Source of the DNA: a bacterium
Lineage (GTDB): Bacteria > SAR324 > NAC60-12
NCBI GenBank assembly: GCA_965205865.1
Contig: CBDBHR010000030.1
Span: forward strand, 640,001-704,000
Reading direction: 5' to 3'
Length of the DNA stretch: 64,000 nucleotides
The translations under genes and the position numbers were made by a program. Under the pieces are notes generated by a model, which worked only from the letters and a program-made list of their open reading frames with translations, searched no databases and had not been told where the DNA came from. This document shows, in pieces, positions 40,161 through 51,229 of this stretch. Each line of letters opens with the position of its first letter. Within the stretch, counting starts at the first letter, position 1.

Positions 40161-42089
40161 TCAATTGACCGGAACAATATTTCCGGATCGAACAGACAAC
40201 AACGTCATTTCCCGATGCGCTTCTCCATTTTCCAAAAAAGTGAAAGTCCCCGTCACTCCCGGATACGGTTCCATATCGAGTAAGGCTTGTTGCAATTGCC
40301 GGTGACTCCTGTTTCCTCGAGAGGAGAGCAATTTTTGTAGAAGATTGACGGTATCATAAGCATAGGCGGTATAAGAAGTCGGACCTTTGTAATTCAGGTG
40401 ACGCATGAAATAATGTTCATGAAGCCGTATGAACCGTGTCACATGAGACTGGCGATTCTGTTTGAAAAAACTGTCAACAAAAACTGTCTCATTGACATAC
40501 TTCTTTATGGCAGACAGGATCGAATAATCATTCCATCCACTGTCTCCTAAAAAAAGGACGTCGTCCATTTTATAAGCGGCCGAATAGGGAAGCAACACTT
40601 TGAGGTCTTCTATGTGATTCCTGCCAATTGGAACAAACAATGCGTCAAAATCATGGACCGGTTGTTGCTTTTCTTCAAGTTCTTCCATGATGGCTTTGTC
40701 CTGCGGGTCCATATAGCGCTCCAAACCAATGAAGGATTCAAAATGCCGGACAAAATTCTGCTGTCCCAAATCGAAAGCCTCTCCTCCCTGGATCTTTCCT
40801 CCCAAACGCTCCATTTCCTCCCAAAAAAAAGTCATTTTGTTTTTCCCTTCCCGTGTTTTAGGATAGAGAATCAAAAAGCGTCGCACGTTTTTGTAATCAT
40901 ATGCGAAACGTGCCAATGCCTTCATTTCCTGTTGCCAGCTTTGATTGTTACGGAAAACAAAAGAGCCGATATCCGGAATACCGGTGGTCAAGGACAGGGA
41001 AATCAAAGGGACTTGCAGACGCTGGGCTTCTTGAGCAGCCGCTTCCGAAGTCCTACGAATCAAGGGACCGATGATTGCAATCACATGTTCCTCTTCGACA
41101 AGCTCACGGACGGCAGCTGCGCTGGTTTTCGGATTGAGCGAAGAATCTCGAAAAATCAATTCAAAGGATATGCTATCCATGATTTCCTGAAAATCCTTTT
41201 CCCGTTGTCCGGATTGCATGGTTTCAGAAGATGCGATCAAGCCCAAACGCAGTCCTTCCAAAGCTTCTCTTGTCAGCGGCGCAATTTGCGGATTGGTGCT
41301 ACTCAATGGCAAAATGACGCCAATACGTTGGGGAATGGCAGTTAAAGTGAGATTGATACGCTTTTGCAGATTCAATAAAAATTCCAGTTGTTCGGGGCTA
41401 TGGCGCTGTTGAAGCTGATACGTTAAAGTCTCAATCAGCAAGAGGGCAGGAACATATTGCTCTTGTTCTATTAGTAGATTCAAACGTAAATATGGCAATT
41501 CATCCCGTATGAAATCAATATGCTTATATTTCCGTTCCAGTGATTGAATCGCTTTTTCATTATCAACACTTTCCAGCAAAGACAGGATATGCTCCGCATC
41601 CGCCGGATAGTCAGGATGCGCTATTTCGGCCTGTTGCAAAAAATATTCGGCTGCAGCCACCAAGTCTTCTTTCTCAATAGCTTTCTGAGCCAAAAACTGT
41701 AGCAACCTTGCCTGCTGTTCGATGGACAAGGGTTGATTCTTCGAAAAGAATGGGTAGGGAGGAAAGTAGATGGGGGTTTGTGACTCCGGCAGCAAGCTGA
41801 TTTCACTGGTGTCGAGTGAATCAGCGCTGACTATTTTTCTTTCAACAGAATCGTCGAGAGAGGGCTCTACCGTTTGTTGTGGCTTTGTGATTTTTGCAGT
41901 CGCATAATAGCCCGGAAAGAAGAAGGTTCCTCTCCAGCCTGGTATCACCTGCTTGCTTTCCAGTGGGGATCTGACTGGAATCATTCTGTTTTCTATCCAG
42001 TCCGACAGACTCAGCACACTTTGAGAAAAAGCAGTACTGCCAATTATACAAATGCTCCCCAAGGAGCACAGCCACCTTTTCCAATGCAA
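40161..42089 (-). CDS. LpoA/LppC-like periplasmic-binding-fold protein
   Basis: Signal-like N-terminus, helical region, then IGVILPLS..AIIGPL..AYAYD..GVTG. Confidence 0.7.
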   Translation of the reverse strand: MHWKRWLCSLGSICIIGSTAFSQSVLSLSDWIENRMIPVRSPLESKQVIPGWRGTFFFPGYYATAKITKPQQTVEPSLDDSVERKIVSADSLDTSEISLLPESQTPIYFPPYPFFSKNQPLSIEQQARLLQFLAQKAIEKEDLVAAAEYFLQQAEIAHPDYPADAEHILSLLESVDNEKAIQSLERKYKHIDFIRDELPYLRLNLLIEQEQYVPALLLIETLTYQLQQRHSPEQLEFLLNLQKRINLTLTAIPQRIGVILPLSSTNPQIAPLTREALEGLRLGLIASSETMQSGQREKDFQEIMDSISFELIFRDSSLNPKTSAAAVRELVEEEHVIAIIGPLIRRTSEAAAQEAQRLQVPLISLSLTTGIPDIGSFVFRNNQSWQQEMKALARFAYDYKNVRRFLILYPKTREGKNKMTFFWEEMERLGGKIQGGEAFDLGQQNFVRHFESFIGLERYMDPQDKAIMEELEEKQQPVHDFDALFVPIGRNHIEDLKVLLPYSAAYKMDDVLFLGDSGWNDYSILSAIKKYVNETVFVDSFFKQNRQSHVTRFIRLHEHYFMRHLNYKGPTSYTAYAYDTVNLLQKLLSSRGNRSHRQLQQALLDMEPYPGVTGTFTFLENGEAHREMTLLSVRSGNIVPVN

Positions 42090-42097
42090 GCGTCCTC

Positions 42098-43387
42098 TTA
42101 GTGCTGAAGTTCACGAAGAATAAATACAGGTCTGGCCATATAAGCAGCCGCATTGATCTCCGCAACCGCTTTTTGCACGATTCCTTCCGGACACGCTTCC
42201 AGTGTGAGATGGAAAATAGTTTTTTCCTGGTTTTTTTCTCGGTGGTGATATTGTGGAAGTTGTTCCAGGGCATAAATGTTGATCTTGTATCTTTCCAAAA
42301 TAGCTCCAATATTTCCGACAATCCCGGGCTGATCATAGATGTCAAAACGCAGGGTGTGCTTGAAAACGTACTCTGAAAAAGGGAGAATTTTATCTGCTTG
42401 ATCCAGCCAGACAGGACTGGCCGGAAAAGCGACATCCTGTATTTTATAGATGTCGGATACGATCGCCGATGCGGTGGGACGAGAGCCTGCTCCTTTCCCA
42501 ATCAAAGATATCTCTTCCGAGTATTTTCCGCTCACCGTGATTATATTCGTGGATCCCGTAATTTTGGCCAGGGTTTCCTCCTGTGGGATCATCAATGGCA
42601 TCACAAAAGCCTGCAATTGATGCTCTTTGCGGCAAAAATAAGCCACCAGTTTGATTTTGCGACTCATACGCGCCGCATAATCGAAATCCGGCAACTCCAG
42701 TACGTCAATGCCCTCGACTGCAATTTCTTCCACAGGAATCCATTTCCCCGTCGTCAAATAAATGAGGATCACGATCTTATAGCGAGCGTCATATCCTTTT
42801 ACGTCATTTGTCGGGTCCTGCTCGGCAAACCCTTTTTGCTGAGCCTCCTGCAAAGCTGTCTCAAAGGCAATGCCGCGCAAGTCCATCTCACTTAAAATAT
42901 AGTTCGTTGTGCCATTGACTATTCCTGAAACTTCTTGAATATCGCAATGAGATAAATAGTCTTCCATGAGACGGATCACAGGGATTGCGCCGCCGACACT
43001 CGCTTCGAAGAGAAAATGCTTTTGAGCCTGTTGCGCCAGACTTAAAAGTGTCTGACCATCCGTAGCAATTAGATCCTTGTTGGCACTGACAACGTGTTTG
43101 CCGTGTTTGAGCGCTTTTTCTATCAGTGTTTTGGCGAATCCGCGGCCTCCAATCGTTTCTACAATCACATCGATTTGAGGATCGTTCAAAATTATCCGGA
43201 TATCTTCGACAAACAGTTCGGGGTGATTTTCGTAAAACGGTCTGGCCTGTGGACCTTCCTTATCGATTTCCAAAATTTTGGCTAATTGGATAGCAGCGCC
43301 GTTTGCTTGATGATTTTGAATGATTGTTGCTACTCCACTGCCAATCATCCCCATACCTGCAATAGCAACATGAATGGTTTGTTTCAT
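42098..43387 (-). CDS. hom: Homoserine dehydrogenase with ACT domain
   Basis: GMGMIGSGV, HVVSANK, FEASVGGAIP, GIVNGTTNYIL, GAGSRPTASA, DQPG. Confidence 0.93.
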   Translation of the reverse strand: MKQTIHVAIAGMGMIGSGVATIIQNHQANGAAIQLAKILEIDKEGPQARPFYENHPELFVEDIRIILNDPQIDVIVETIGGRGFAKTLIEKALKHGKHVVSANKDLIATDGQTLLSLAQQAQKHFLFEASVGGAIPVIRLMEDYLSHCDIQEVSGIVNGTTNYILSEMDLRGIAFETALQEAQQKGFAEQDPTNDVKGYDARYKIVILIYLTTGKWIPVEEIAVEGIDVLELPDFDYAARMSRKIKLVAYFCRKEHQLQAFVMPLMIPQEETLAKITGSTNIITVSGKYSEEISLIGKGAGSRPTASAIVSDIYKIQDVAFPASPVWLDQADKILPFSEYVFKHTLRFDIYDQPGIVGNIGAILERYKINIYALEQLPQYHHREKNQEKTIFHLTLEACPEGIVQKAVAEINAAAYMARPVFILRELQH

Positions 43388-43415
43388 ATTCCTCTTATTC
43401 CTCCCCTTTCCTGCT

Positions 43416-45308
43416 TTAGTAGTGTTCCATGGACTTCAAAAACCGCAATGTCTTTTGTTTCCAGGAGTTCTCGGGGAAAGGTTGATTCAAAAAAATCTTC
43501 CAGGCCCGGCGGGCTTTGAAAAAATTTTCCTGATGGTAATAGATGTATCCGATAATAAAATGTACAAAGGGATGCCGTTCCGGAAAATCTCTGCTCAATT
43601 CCTCTAAGTCACGCAATCCTCCTAAATAGTCAACGGAATTGGGATATTGCAAAAGCCCTTCGTAGGCGTCGAATGCATTTTGATAGTCGTTCATGCGCAA
43701 ATACGTGATTCCCATGTTCATGCGAACATAACTCAATCGGGCATCCAACTGCAGGGCTTTTTCACCATAATAAACAGCCTGCTCGTAATCCTCCAACAAA
43801 TAATATCCCCATCCCAGATTCCCGTATATGAAAGGGTCCTCGATATATTGAAGAGCTTGCAGATAAGCATCCACAGATTTACGAACCAAGGCCTTGTCAT
43901 ATTTTGCAAGGCCGTCCGGTTGCAACTTATAACCCTCAAAATAATAAATGGTGGCAATTTCCTGGTAAAGCAATCCCAATTCCTGGGGATCCTGAGTTTC
44001 ACGCAGACCACTTTGCAAGGCTTCGAGGGCTTCCGAATGCCGTCGTAAATTATGCATCCCCCGTCCTACGAGATAATAATATTGGCTTTTTCCTTGAATG
44101 ATTTGATTTGAAATACGCGGATAACGCAGACGATTCAATATTTCAATCCAATGATCCTCAACTGTTACCAATCCTTGTTTCCCTGAAGAAAACAAATCTA
44201 AAAATTCTCTCATCTGACGGTTCAGTATCGACCATAATTCTCCCTGCTCCAAGGCATACTGTTGTGCCGATGGACGTCCTGTCATCCAAAATCTCTCCCA
44301 CCAGGAAGACGCTTCTCGAGATTCTCTCTGTTGCTGTTGAATGGACGTCAACAACATCTCGGAGAGGTCAAATTGTCTGGGAAAGAGAAGAACGATCAAG
44401 CAATAAAGGCTGATCAAGATGAGCATCGTCGTTCCCACAGTCCTCCACAATAGAGCATGAAGTGACCGAGACGATGTTTGTGAAGCGGGATTAATTCTCA
44501 GGATGGTTGATCGCTGCCAAGCCTGTTCTGCCTGCTCGGTATCACGGTGGTCGTAAAGTCGATTTCCCAGACGATAATATCCCTCTGCGCTTTCGTTGGG
44601 ATTTTGCTTGGCCAATAGTTCTAACTGCGAAATCGCCTGTTTGTATCTTCCTTCGCTGATCAGTTTTTGAGTTTGCCGCAGTACGCTTTTCCCGGTTGTC
44701 CGGCTTTCTTCCAGAGTGATTTGCATTGATTTGATTGGAGGTTTCGATGGCCTACTCTTCATATAGCTAATATTCGCTTTGTGGGTTTTATGTTTTCGAT
44801 AACGTGTCAACAAAAAAGTGGTGATAAAATAAAAAATCACTGCAGATGGGACTGCCAGAATAAAACTCCCCACCAGCATGGGAATTCCCAAATCCACGAG
44901 AAGAAATTGAGAACCTTCCCAGAGAATTTCCCAAATACTATATTGTTCATAATCTGCAAATCTCTGCTGAAAAGTCTGCCAATCCATCACAACAACACGC
45001 CATTGCATGTTTTGAAAAAATTTATTGCCCGTGAGGAGAAAGGCATAATAAAAAGGGACAATCGTGATTGGATTGGAGATCCATACCGATGCCATCCCTG
45101 CTGGCAAACTAAAGCGAAAATGTAACAAATAACGGCAAAGCGCCCATAAGGCGGCAACAATATACATTTGGATTCCCATGGTGGGAGTCAGTCCAATGAA
45201 TACCCCAATCGCCACTCCCCAACTCACTGGTTTAACCGGCGCAACACTTTTGGTTATCGGGTGAATCAACCATTCATACGCAAACCCGAGTAATTTTTTC
45301 ATGCTCAA
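43416..45308 (-). CDS. DUF2062 membrane domain fused to TPR region
   Basis: GVAIGVFIGLTPTMGIQ..WISNPITIVPFY, then TPR-like repeats (YGNLGWGYY, RMNMGITY). Confidence 0.7.
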   Translation of the reverse strand: MSMKKLLGFAYEWLIHPITKSVAPVKPVSWGVAIGVFIGLTPTMGIQMYIVAALWALCRYLLHFRFSLPAGMASVWISNPITIVPFYYAFLLTGNKFFQNMQWRVVVMDWQTFQQRFADYEQYSIWEILWEGSQFLLVDLGIPMLVGSFILAVPSAVIFYFITTFLLTRYRKHKTHKANISYMKSRPSKPPIKSMQITLEESRTTGKSVLRQTQKLISEGRYKQAISQLELLAKQNPNESAEGYYRLGNRLYDHRDTEQAEQAWQRSTILRINPASQTSSRSLHALLWRTVGTTMLILISLYCLIVLLFPRQFDLSEMLLTSIQQQQRESREASSWWERFWMTGRPSAQQYALEQGELWSILNRQMREFLDLFSSGKQGLVTVEDHWIEILNRLRYPRISNQIIQGKSQYYYLVGRGMHNLRRHSEALEALQSGLRETQDPQELGLLYQEIATIYYFEGYKLQPDGLAKYDKALVRKSVDAYLQALQYIEDPFIYGNLGWGYYLLEDYEQAVYYGEKALQLDARLSYVRMNMGITYLRMNDYQNAFDAYEGLLQYPNSVDYLGGLRDLEELSRDFPERHPFVHFIIGYIYYHQENFFKARRAWKIFLNQPFPENSWKQKTLRFLKSMEHY

Positions 45309-45517
45309 TCAATTTTCTGACTGCTGAAAGACATACTTTTTCCTAATTACAGGAACCGCAAAGGAAGTCGAACATGCATTTTGTATTGTATCACGGATCA
45401 CCAGGTAAAAACACAGTTTCGTCCGGAATCATTCCGGAAAATCAGGCAAGAAGAGGGGAATTCAAGGAAGGAAGAGGGGACAGGCAAACGCCCCCTTGCG
45501 CACATACAGAGCATCAA

Positions 45518-46207
45518 TCACTCACGAGTCATTCCAAGCAGACTGAGCAAATGAATGAACAGATTAAATATATCCAGAAACAAAGACACTGTTGCACTGA
45601 CATAGTCATCCGTACTGTAACGACGTAAAATGTTGGATGTGTCGTATAAAATGAAGCCACTGAACAACAATACGCCAGCTGCGGAAAACACAAAGTGCAT
45701 CAGTGAACTTTGCAGAAAAATATTGATCAGTCCTCCCACGATCAGGATAATCAATCCAGTCATTAAAAATCCTGACATGAAGCTGAAATCTTTTTTGGAA
45801 ATGATCACATAAGCTGTCAGGCCGACAAAGGTGATTGTAGTCAGCGCCAATGCTTCCACTACGATCCCTCCGGCTCCTGCTGCAACGTACATGCTGAGCA
45901 TGGGACCAATCATCAGTCCTGCAATCGTCGTAAAGCTAAAGAGAGCAACCATATTCAGACCAGGTTTACGCTGAGCATACATCAGGAAAAAAAAGGCGCC
46001 GATGAAAAATACAAAAGACAGTATTCCCATGGAAGCAACAACAGGCAGCAATGGTCCCATGCCCAGCAAAGAACCGACCGTTGCCGAAAGCAATGAAGCG
46101 GCCAGCAAACCGTATACTTTTTTCAAAAAGGCGAGTCGCTCTCCTACAGAAACACCAGCAGCCGATTGTATGTTTCGATAAGGTACTGTTTTTTCTTGAC
46201 CAATCAT
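45518..46207 (-). CDS. Bax inhibitor-1/YccA family membrane protein
   Basis: FLKKVYGLL, KKDFSFM, FILYDTSNI, SLFLDIFNLF; AAGGAG RBS. Confidence 0.9.
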   Translation of the reverse strand: MIGQEKTVPYRNIQSAAGVSVGERLAFLKKVYGLLAASLLSATVGSLLGMGPLLPVVASMGILSFVFFIGAFFFLMYAQRKPGLNMVALFSFTTIAGLMIGPMLSMYVAAGAGGIVVEALALTTITFVGLTAYVIISKKDFSFMSGFLMTGLIILIVGGLINIFLQSSLMHFVFSAAGVLLFSGFILYDTSNILRRYSTDDYVSATVSLFLDIFNLFIHLLSLLGMTRE

Positions 46208-46294
46208 AAAATTCTCCTTAAATTCAATTAATGTTTTAAGATTGATGGACATCGATTTTCTAAAATACCATAGCCACTCGACAAAAACAAACAT

Positions 46295-47131
46295 CTAATT
46301 GTCTGCATATGCCAGATAGGTTTTTAAAAAAACCAGCATTTTTGCTGAAAAACGAGGGCCCCGCCGATATAAGAATTGTTGTGCGGATGTATAATCGTGC
46401 AGGTAGACTCGCTTTCCCATTTTCAATTCCCCATTTTTATCGCGAACCGGGGGCCTTTCCACCTTTGCAACCTGTACCAGCATTTGAAAATCAATTGCTT
46501 CGATTTCCGAAGACAGTCCTGATGCAACACGCCTCAAAGGCAATTGATACAAAGGCTCCACAAGATAGAAACTTACAAAATTTGCCAAGGCAATGAACTT
46601 TTCGTCTTCTTGATTAATCACCCAGGTCATAAATTCGTCATGGAACCTCTCAGATAGTGGATGCGACGTTTTTATCCCTTTGACCGAGATGGCTTTGTTT
46701 TCAATATAATTTTGCGCGAGTTCGCTAAAGAATTGAATAAAGCTATTGCTATTCAATAAGGTTTCATACTTTAAGAACCGACCGGCAAAATCATTCATTA
46801 CCTCTCGACCGACTTTTAGTTGGTCAAATTGCTCCTGATAGGTCTCCATCCCTTCCAGCTTCGCAATTAACTCTTCGTTTTCAGTTTGCAGGACTTGTTG
46901 GATATCGATGGTCTTCCCTACTTCAGGAATGTCCTCGAAAAAAGAGGAAGAGGATTCTTTTTCTGAATGGAAGGAAGGATCAAGACTGATTTCCAGAGGA
47001 GAAGTCTGCAGTGCTTTCCAATAAGAATACAGAAAATATCCTCCAATCACCAAACCTGCTATCAAGACAGCTATCAAGACGATTGTTCCCCAAGAGGATC
47101 GTTTCTTTGTTGAAGTTTGCATGAACTTCAC
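46295..47131 (-). CDS. Hypothetical protein with N-terminal membrane anchor
   Basis: 278-aa ORF in operon orientation with one hydrophobic segment. Confidence 0.7.
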   Translation of the reverse strand: MKFMQTSTKKRSSWGTIVLIAVLIAGLVIGGYFLYSYWKALQTSPLEISLDPSFHSEKESSSSFFEDIPEVGKTIDIQQVLQTENEELIAKLEGMETYQEQFDQLKVGREVMNDFAGRFLKYETLLNSNSFIQFFSELAQNYIENKAISVKGIKTSHPLSERFHDEFMTWVINQEDEKFIALANFVSFYLVEPLYQLPLRRVASGLSSEIEAIDFQMLVQVAKVERPPVRDKNGELKMGKRVYLHDYTSAQQFLYRRGPRFSAKMLVFLKTYLAYADN

Positions 47132-47142
47132 TCCGCGGATGA

Positions 47143-48362
47143 TCAGAAACCATTCTTCTTTTTTTTCATTACTCGATGATCTATTTTCAAGGGCAATGCG
47201 TTTAGTTTAATAAACCCAACGGCATCCTGAGGATCATAGACTCCACCATCAGACTCCATGGTCGCGATATCAGCATCATACAAACTGCAGGGGGAAAGCC
47301 GACCGGTGACCAGACAATTGCCTTTATACAACTCCAAACGGACAGTTCCTGTGACATTTTCCTGAGTTTGGCGGACCATATTCAATAAAATCCGCATCTC
47401 CGGAGAGAACCAAAAACCATTATAAACCAGACGGGCAAAACGAGGCATGAGGGAATCTTTCAGATTGATCACATCTCGGTCCAGCGTGATCGATTCCATG
47501 GCACGATGGGCAATATGGAGAATGGTGCCCCCCGGTGTTTCATAGACTCCCCGGTTTTTCATTCCGATAAAACGGGACTCCACCATATCGATTCGACCGA
47601 CACCATGCGTTCCTCCAATCCGATTGAGGCGTGCCAATAATTTTTCAGGGGAAAGGGCTTGCCCGTCAACAGCAACGGGGACGCCGGCTTCAAAATCAAT
47701 TAGAATTTCTCGGGTTTGCTCAGGGGCGTTCTGAGGAGATTGAGACAGTTCAAACATATCTTGACTAGGCGCCTGCCAGGGATCTTCGAGCACGCCTGAT
47801 TCAAAGCTGATATGCATCAAATTCTCATCAGAGCTCCAAGGCTGTTCTCGAGTGGCTTTTACAGGGATCTGATGGGCCTCGGCATAAGCCAACAGTTCGG
47901 CCCTTCCCGGATAATTCTTATAAAATTCGGGTGTTTTCCAAGGAGCTACCACATGAATATCCGGATTGAGGGCATAATAAGACAATTCAAAACGAACTTG
48001 GTCGTTTCCTTTTCCGGTTGCTCCATGCGCCACAGCGGTGGCTCCCTTTTGAGCAGCGACTTCAATCTGCTTTTTGGCAATCAAAGGACGAGCCAGTGAA
48101 GTGCCCAACAAATAGGTGCCTTCATACGCCGCATTCCACTGAATTGCCGGAAAGACATAATTCCGCACAAATTCTTCTTCTACATTTTCAATCAATACTT
48201 CCTTGGCTCCTGCCCTGATACCTTTGAGTCGAATCTCATTCAGATCTTCTACTTTTTGTCCCAAATCCAAACATAAAGCAATCACCTCATAATCTTGCGC
48301 ATTGAGCCAATGCGCCAGAACAGAGGTGTCCAATAGGCCAAAACCAGTTTTTCTTTTGACAT
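47143..48362 (-). pseudogene. argG: Argininosuccinate synthase with N-terminal frameshifting deletion
   Basis: MSKEKLVLAY is out of frame with LDTSV..; SGG of AYSGGLDTS is absent; the rest is intact (YLLGTSLARP, HGATGKGNDQVRF). Confidence 0.85.
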
Positions 48363-48386
48363 GTTATTTCTTTACGAATGGATAAA

Positions 48387-48637
48387 TAACCTGAGTTCGA
48401 GATAAGAATTTAATAAATTCAATATGTTATGGAATCTTCATATCTTAGAGAAACCTTGTCGTTCCTGCGAGATCCCTGCGTACGCAGGGAAGGAATCCGG
48501 AGGTATGCAGCCAGACTGAAATCCGGATCCCCGCTCCCCGCTTTCGCGAGGACAAGTTTCGCGGGGACAAGTTTCGCGAGCATGACATATACACTAGGAT
48601 ACTCATATTATTGAAGATTTATCTCGAACTCGGGTTA
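48387..48637. mobile_element. ~250-bp MITE with internal palindromic repeats
   Basis: TAACCTGAGTTCGAGATAA / TAACCCGAGTTCGAGATAA (18/19); internal ccctgcgtacgcaggg hairpin and tandem tttcgcg(a/g)ggacaag. Confidence 0.8.
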
Positions 48638-48676
48638 AATAGGACAATTAACTTCAGAGCGCGTTTTCACTGAGAA

Positions 48677-49624
48677 TCAAAATTCCTGCTCTGCCAACCA
48701 GCGTTCTGCGTCAATGGCGGCCATACATCCTGTTCCGGCAGCAGTAACTGCTTGACGATATACATGATCTTGAACATCTCCACAAGCAAATACTCCTTCG
48801 ATTGAAGTATGGGAAGTACCGGGTTTCACTACAATATAGCCATTTTCATCCAAAATTAATTGATTGCGAAACAAAGAAGAGTTGGGAATATGTCCAATCG
48901 CAACAAACAATCCGGTATATGGGTATGTTTTCAACTCGTTTGTTTTCAGATGTCTCACTTTCAGTCCTGTCATTCCTTTTTGATCATCACCGATGATTTC
49001 TTCCACAATTGAATTCCAGATAATTTCAATTTTTTCATGTTTTAAAGCGCGTTGCCGCATAATTTGACTGGCACGCAGTGAATCCCGCCGGTGAATGATA
49101 TGGACGCTTTTGCATAGATTGGCCAAATACAATGCTTCTTCCATCGCTGTATCGCCTCCTCCCACAACCGCTACTTCCTGATCCCGAAAAAAAAAGCCGT
49201 CACAGGTAGCGCAGGCGGAGACCCCTTTATTTTTGTAGCGATCTTCTGATTCCAATCCCAGCCATCGTGCTGAAGCGCCCGTAGAGATGATCAGCGTATC
49301 AGAGGTGAGCCTGGAGTCTGCGGTTTCAATATGAAAGGGGTGTTGCGACAAATCCGCTGTTTCGGCTTCTCCCGTATAAAACCGGGTTCCGAAACGTGTT
49401 GCCTGAGCGCGGAATAAATCCATCATTTCCGGCCCTTGCAATCCCTCAGGGAAGCCTGGATAATTTTCGACGTCTGTTGTGATTGTCAGTTGACCACCAG
49501 GCTCCATACCGGAAACGACTGCAGGCTGTAAATTGGCCCGTGCCGCATAAATTGCTGCAGTCAAACCTGCAGGACCTGAACCTAAAATCAAGACTTTGTG
49601 ATGACGGGCATTATTTCCTTTCAT
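48677..49624 (-). CDS. trxB: Thioredoxin-disulfide reductase
   Basis: GSGPAGLTAAIYAARA, SACATCDG, GGGDTAMEEA, YRQAVTAAGTG. Confidence 0.96.
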   Translation of the reverse strand: MKGNNARHHKVLILGSGPAGLTAAIYAARANLQPAVVSGMEPGGQLTITTDVENYPGFPEGLQGPEMMDLFRAQATRFGTRFYTGEAETADLSQHPFHIETADSRLTSDTLIISTGASARWLGLESEDRYKNKGVSACATCDGFFFRDQEVAVVGGGDTAMEEALYLANLCKSVHIIHRRDSLRASQIMRQRALKHEKIEIIWNSIVEEIIGDDQKGMTGLKVRHLKTNELKTYPYTGLFVAIGHIPNSSLFRNQLILDENGYIVVKPGTSHTSIEGVFACGDVQDHVYRQAVTAAGTGCMAAIDAERWLAEQEF

Positions 49625-49752
49625 AGAGATAGACTACCTCCTGACTTACAATTGTACTTGAATTCATGAGGATGCTTTGATAATTTTTGAGAAGTGCCAG
49701 AAGATTTTTCCATGAATGCCGGTTCCCCGTTTACGCTATCATATCCCTACAT

Positions 49753-50223
49753 ATGACAAAACCCCTTGTCGAGATATACACGGATGGCGCCTGTTCTCCC
49801 AACCCCGGGACTGGAGGATGGGCTGCTGTCATGATTTCTCCTGCGCATGGACATTTTCGTAAAGAAATTTTTGGTGCAAAACGGCACACTACGAACAACC
49901 GGATGGAGTTGTTGGCAACCATTAAAGCCCTCCAAGCTCTGAAATCCGTCTGTGTCGTAAAACTCTACACGGATTCCAGATATATCCAAAAAGCCTTTGC
50001 GGAAGGCTGGCTGAATAAATGGCAAAATAACCAATGGATTGGAGCCAATCGCCAATCTATTGCCAATCGGGATTTATGGCAAGAGTTGCTCAAACTCTCT
50101 CAAATTCATGAAATTTCCTGGTTTTGGATCAAGGGGCACTCTCATCATCCGGAAAATGAACGTTGTGACTTTTTGGCAGTTCAAGCACGCCGGGAATTGG
50201 CTGCTCGCTGCTTCGCGCCTTGA
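49753..50223 (+). CDS. rnhA: Ribonuclease HI
   Basis: IYTDGACSPNPG, TTNNRMEL, YTDS, WIKGH..ENERCD. Confidence 0.95.
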   Translation: MTKPLVEIYTDGACSPNPGTGGWAAVMISPAHGHFRKEIFGAKRHTTNNRMELLATIKALQALKSVCVVKLYTDSRYIQKAFAEGWLNKWQNNQWIGANRQSIANRDLWQELLKLSQIHEISWFWIKGHSHHPENERCDFLAVQARRELAARCFAP

Positions 50224-50540
50224 TAGCTTTTTTCTATTCGGGTTGTCATTTTATCGTCGGAAGACGATTCCTCTTTATGAGAGGATGGGGAAAAGAGTTT
50301 TGGCGTTTTTTTGATCCGGTAAGTGCGTAGAAGTCTCCCTTCGTTGATTTCCATAACCGCTTGATAGGTCGGCTTGTGGGTAGGTCTGACTTGATCTTCT
50401 TGCTCTTCTTTTCTTGCCTTTTCTTCCTCGTAAATTGCTTTGGCCCGTTGGGTTGCCATTATTACTTTTTCAAACACATTGAAATCTCTGTACTTCTCAT
50501 GAGATTCCACCAACTTCAAATAATCCAAATCGAGCGACAT
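50181..50540 (-). CDS. rpoZ: RNA polymerase omega subunit-like
   Basis: NVFEKVIMATQRAKAI...KPTYQAVMEINEG fits the omega pattern. Confidence 0.6.
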   Translation of the reverse strand: MSLDLDYLKLVESHEKYRDFNVFEKVIMATQRAKAIYEEEKARKEEQEDQVRPTHKPTYQAVMEINEGRLLRTYRIKKTPKLFSPSSHKEESSSDDKMTTRIEKSYQGAKQRAANSRRA

Positions 50541-50557
50541 AAACTTTCCCTTTCTTT

Positions 50558-51229
50558 CTACGGATGCAGAGTGAGTAACATGGTTTGGGCTTCTTGCCTG
50601 AATACGGATTGAGGGGTCCTCTCGATCAACCGTTCCAGGAGGGCCTTTGCCATGTCCACATCTCCTTGTGTCAGTGCAATTTGCGCTAGATTCTTCCAGC
50701 GTACGTCCCTCCATTCTTCCCCCTCGATACTGTTGATAATCTGATTGGCAGCGTCCCACTGTTGCTGATTTTCATAAACGACCGCAAGACTCACTTTAGC
50801 TGCGTTGATCATACTGACTCCCGCCTTGGGATGTTCGATTGCTTGCTTGTAAGCTGGTTCCGCCTGATCCCACTGCTTTTGTTTAACATGCAGCTTCCCT
50901 ATATTCATTAGCGCGACAAGCCCATTGCCACTATCGGAATACTTGCTAAAAAATTCATTGAACGCGTTCAAAGCTCGTGAATCTTTTTCCGCCAGATCGT
51001 CTTCGCCGAGAATTTGCTGTGCTGCATAAAGCAGATTTGCTTGCTTAATTTGTTGTGATTGATTGTACTGAATTCCCGAAAAAACAGCGATGGCCCCAAT
51101 GACAATGGCAATGCCTCCTGCAATGAACCATCGCTTTTTTCCATAAACGTAGTTCGAAATGGTATACAACCATTGCTGAACTCGGTCTGGTCGATGCAGT
51201 TCCTTACGGCTCATTCGTTGTTCACTCAT
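50558..51229 (-). CDS. YfgM-like membrane-anchored TPR protein
   Basis: SRKELHRPD N-terminus, one TM segment, TPR helices. Confidence 0.75.
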   Translation of the reverse strand: MSEQRMSRKELHRPDRVQQWLYTISNYVYGKKRWFIAGGIAIVIGAIAVFSGIQYNQSQQIKQANLLYAAQQILGEDDLAEKDSRALNAFNEFFSKYSDSGNGLVALMNIGKLHVKQKQWDQAEPAYKQAIEHPKAGVSMINAAKVSLAVVYENQQQWDAANQIINSIEGEEWRDVRWKNLAQIALTQGDVDMAKALLERLIERTPQSVFRQEAQTMLLTLHP

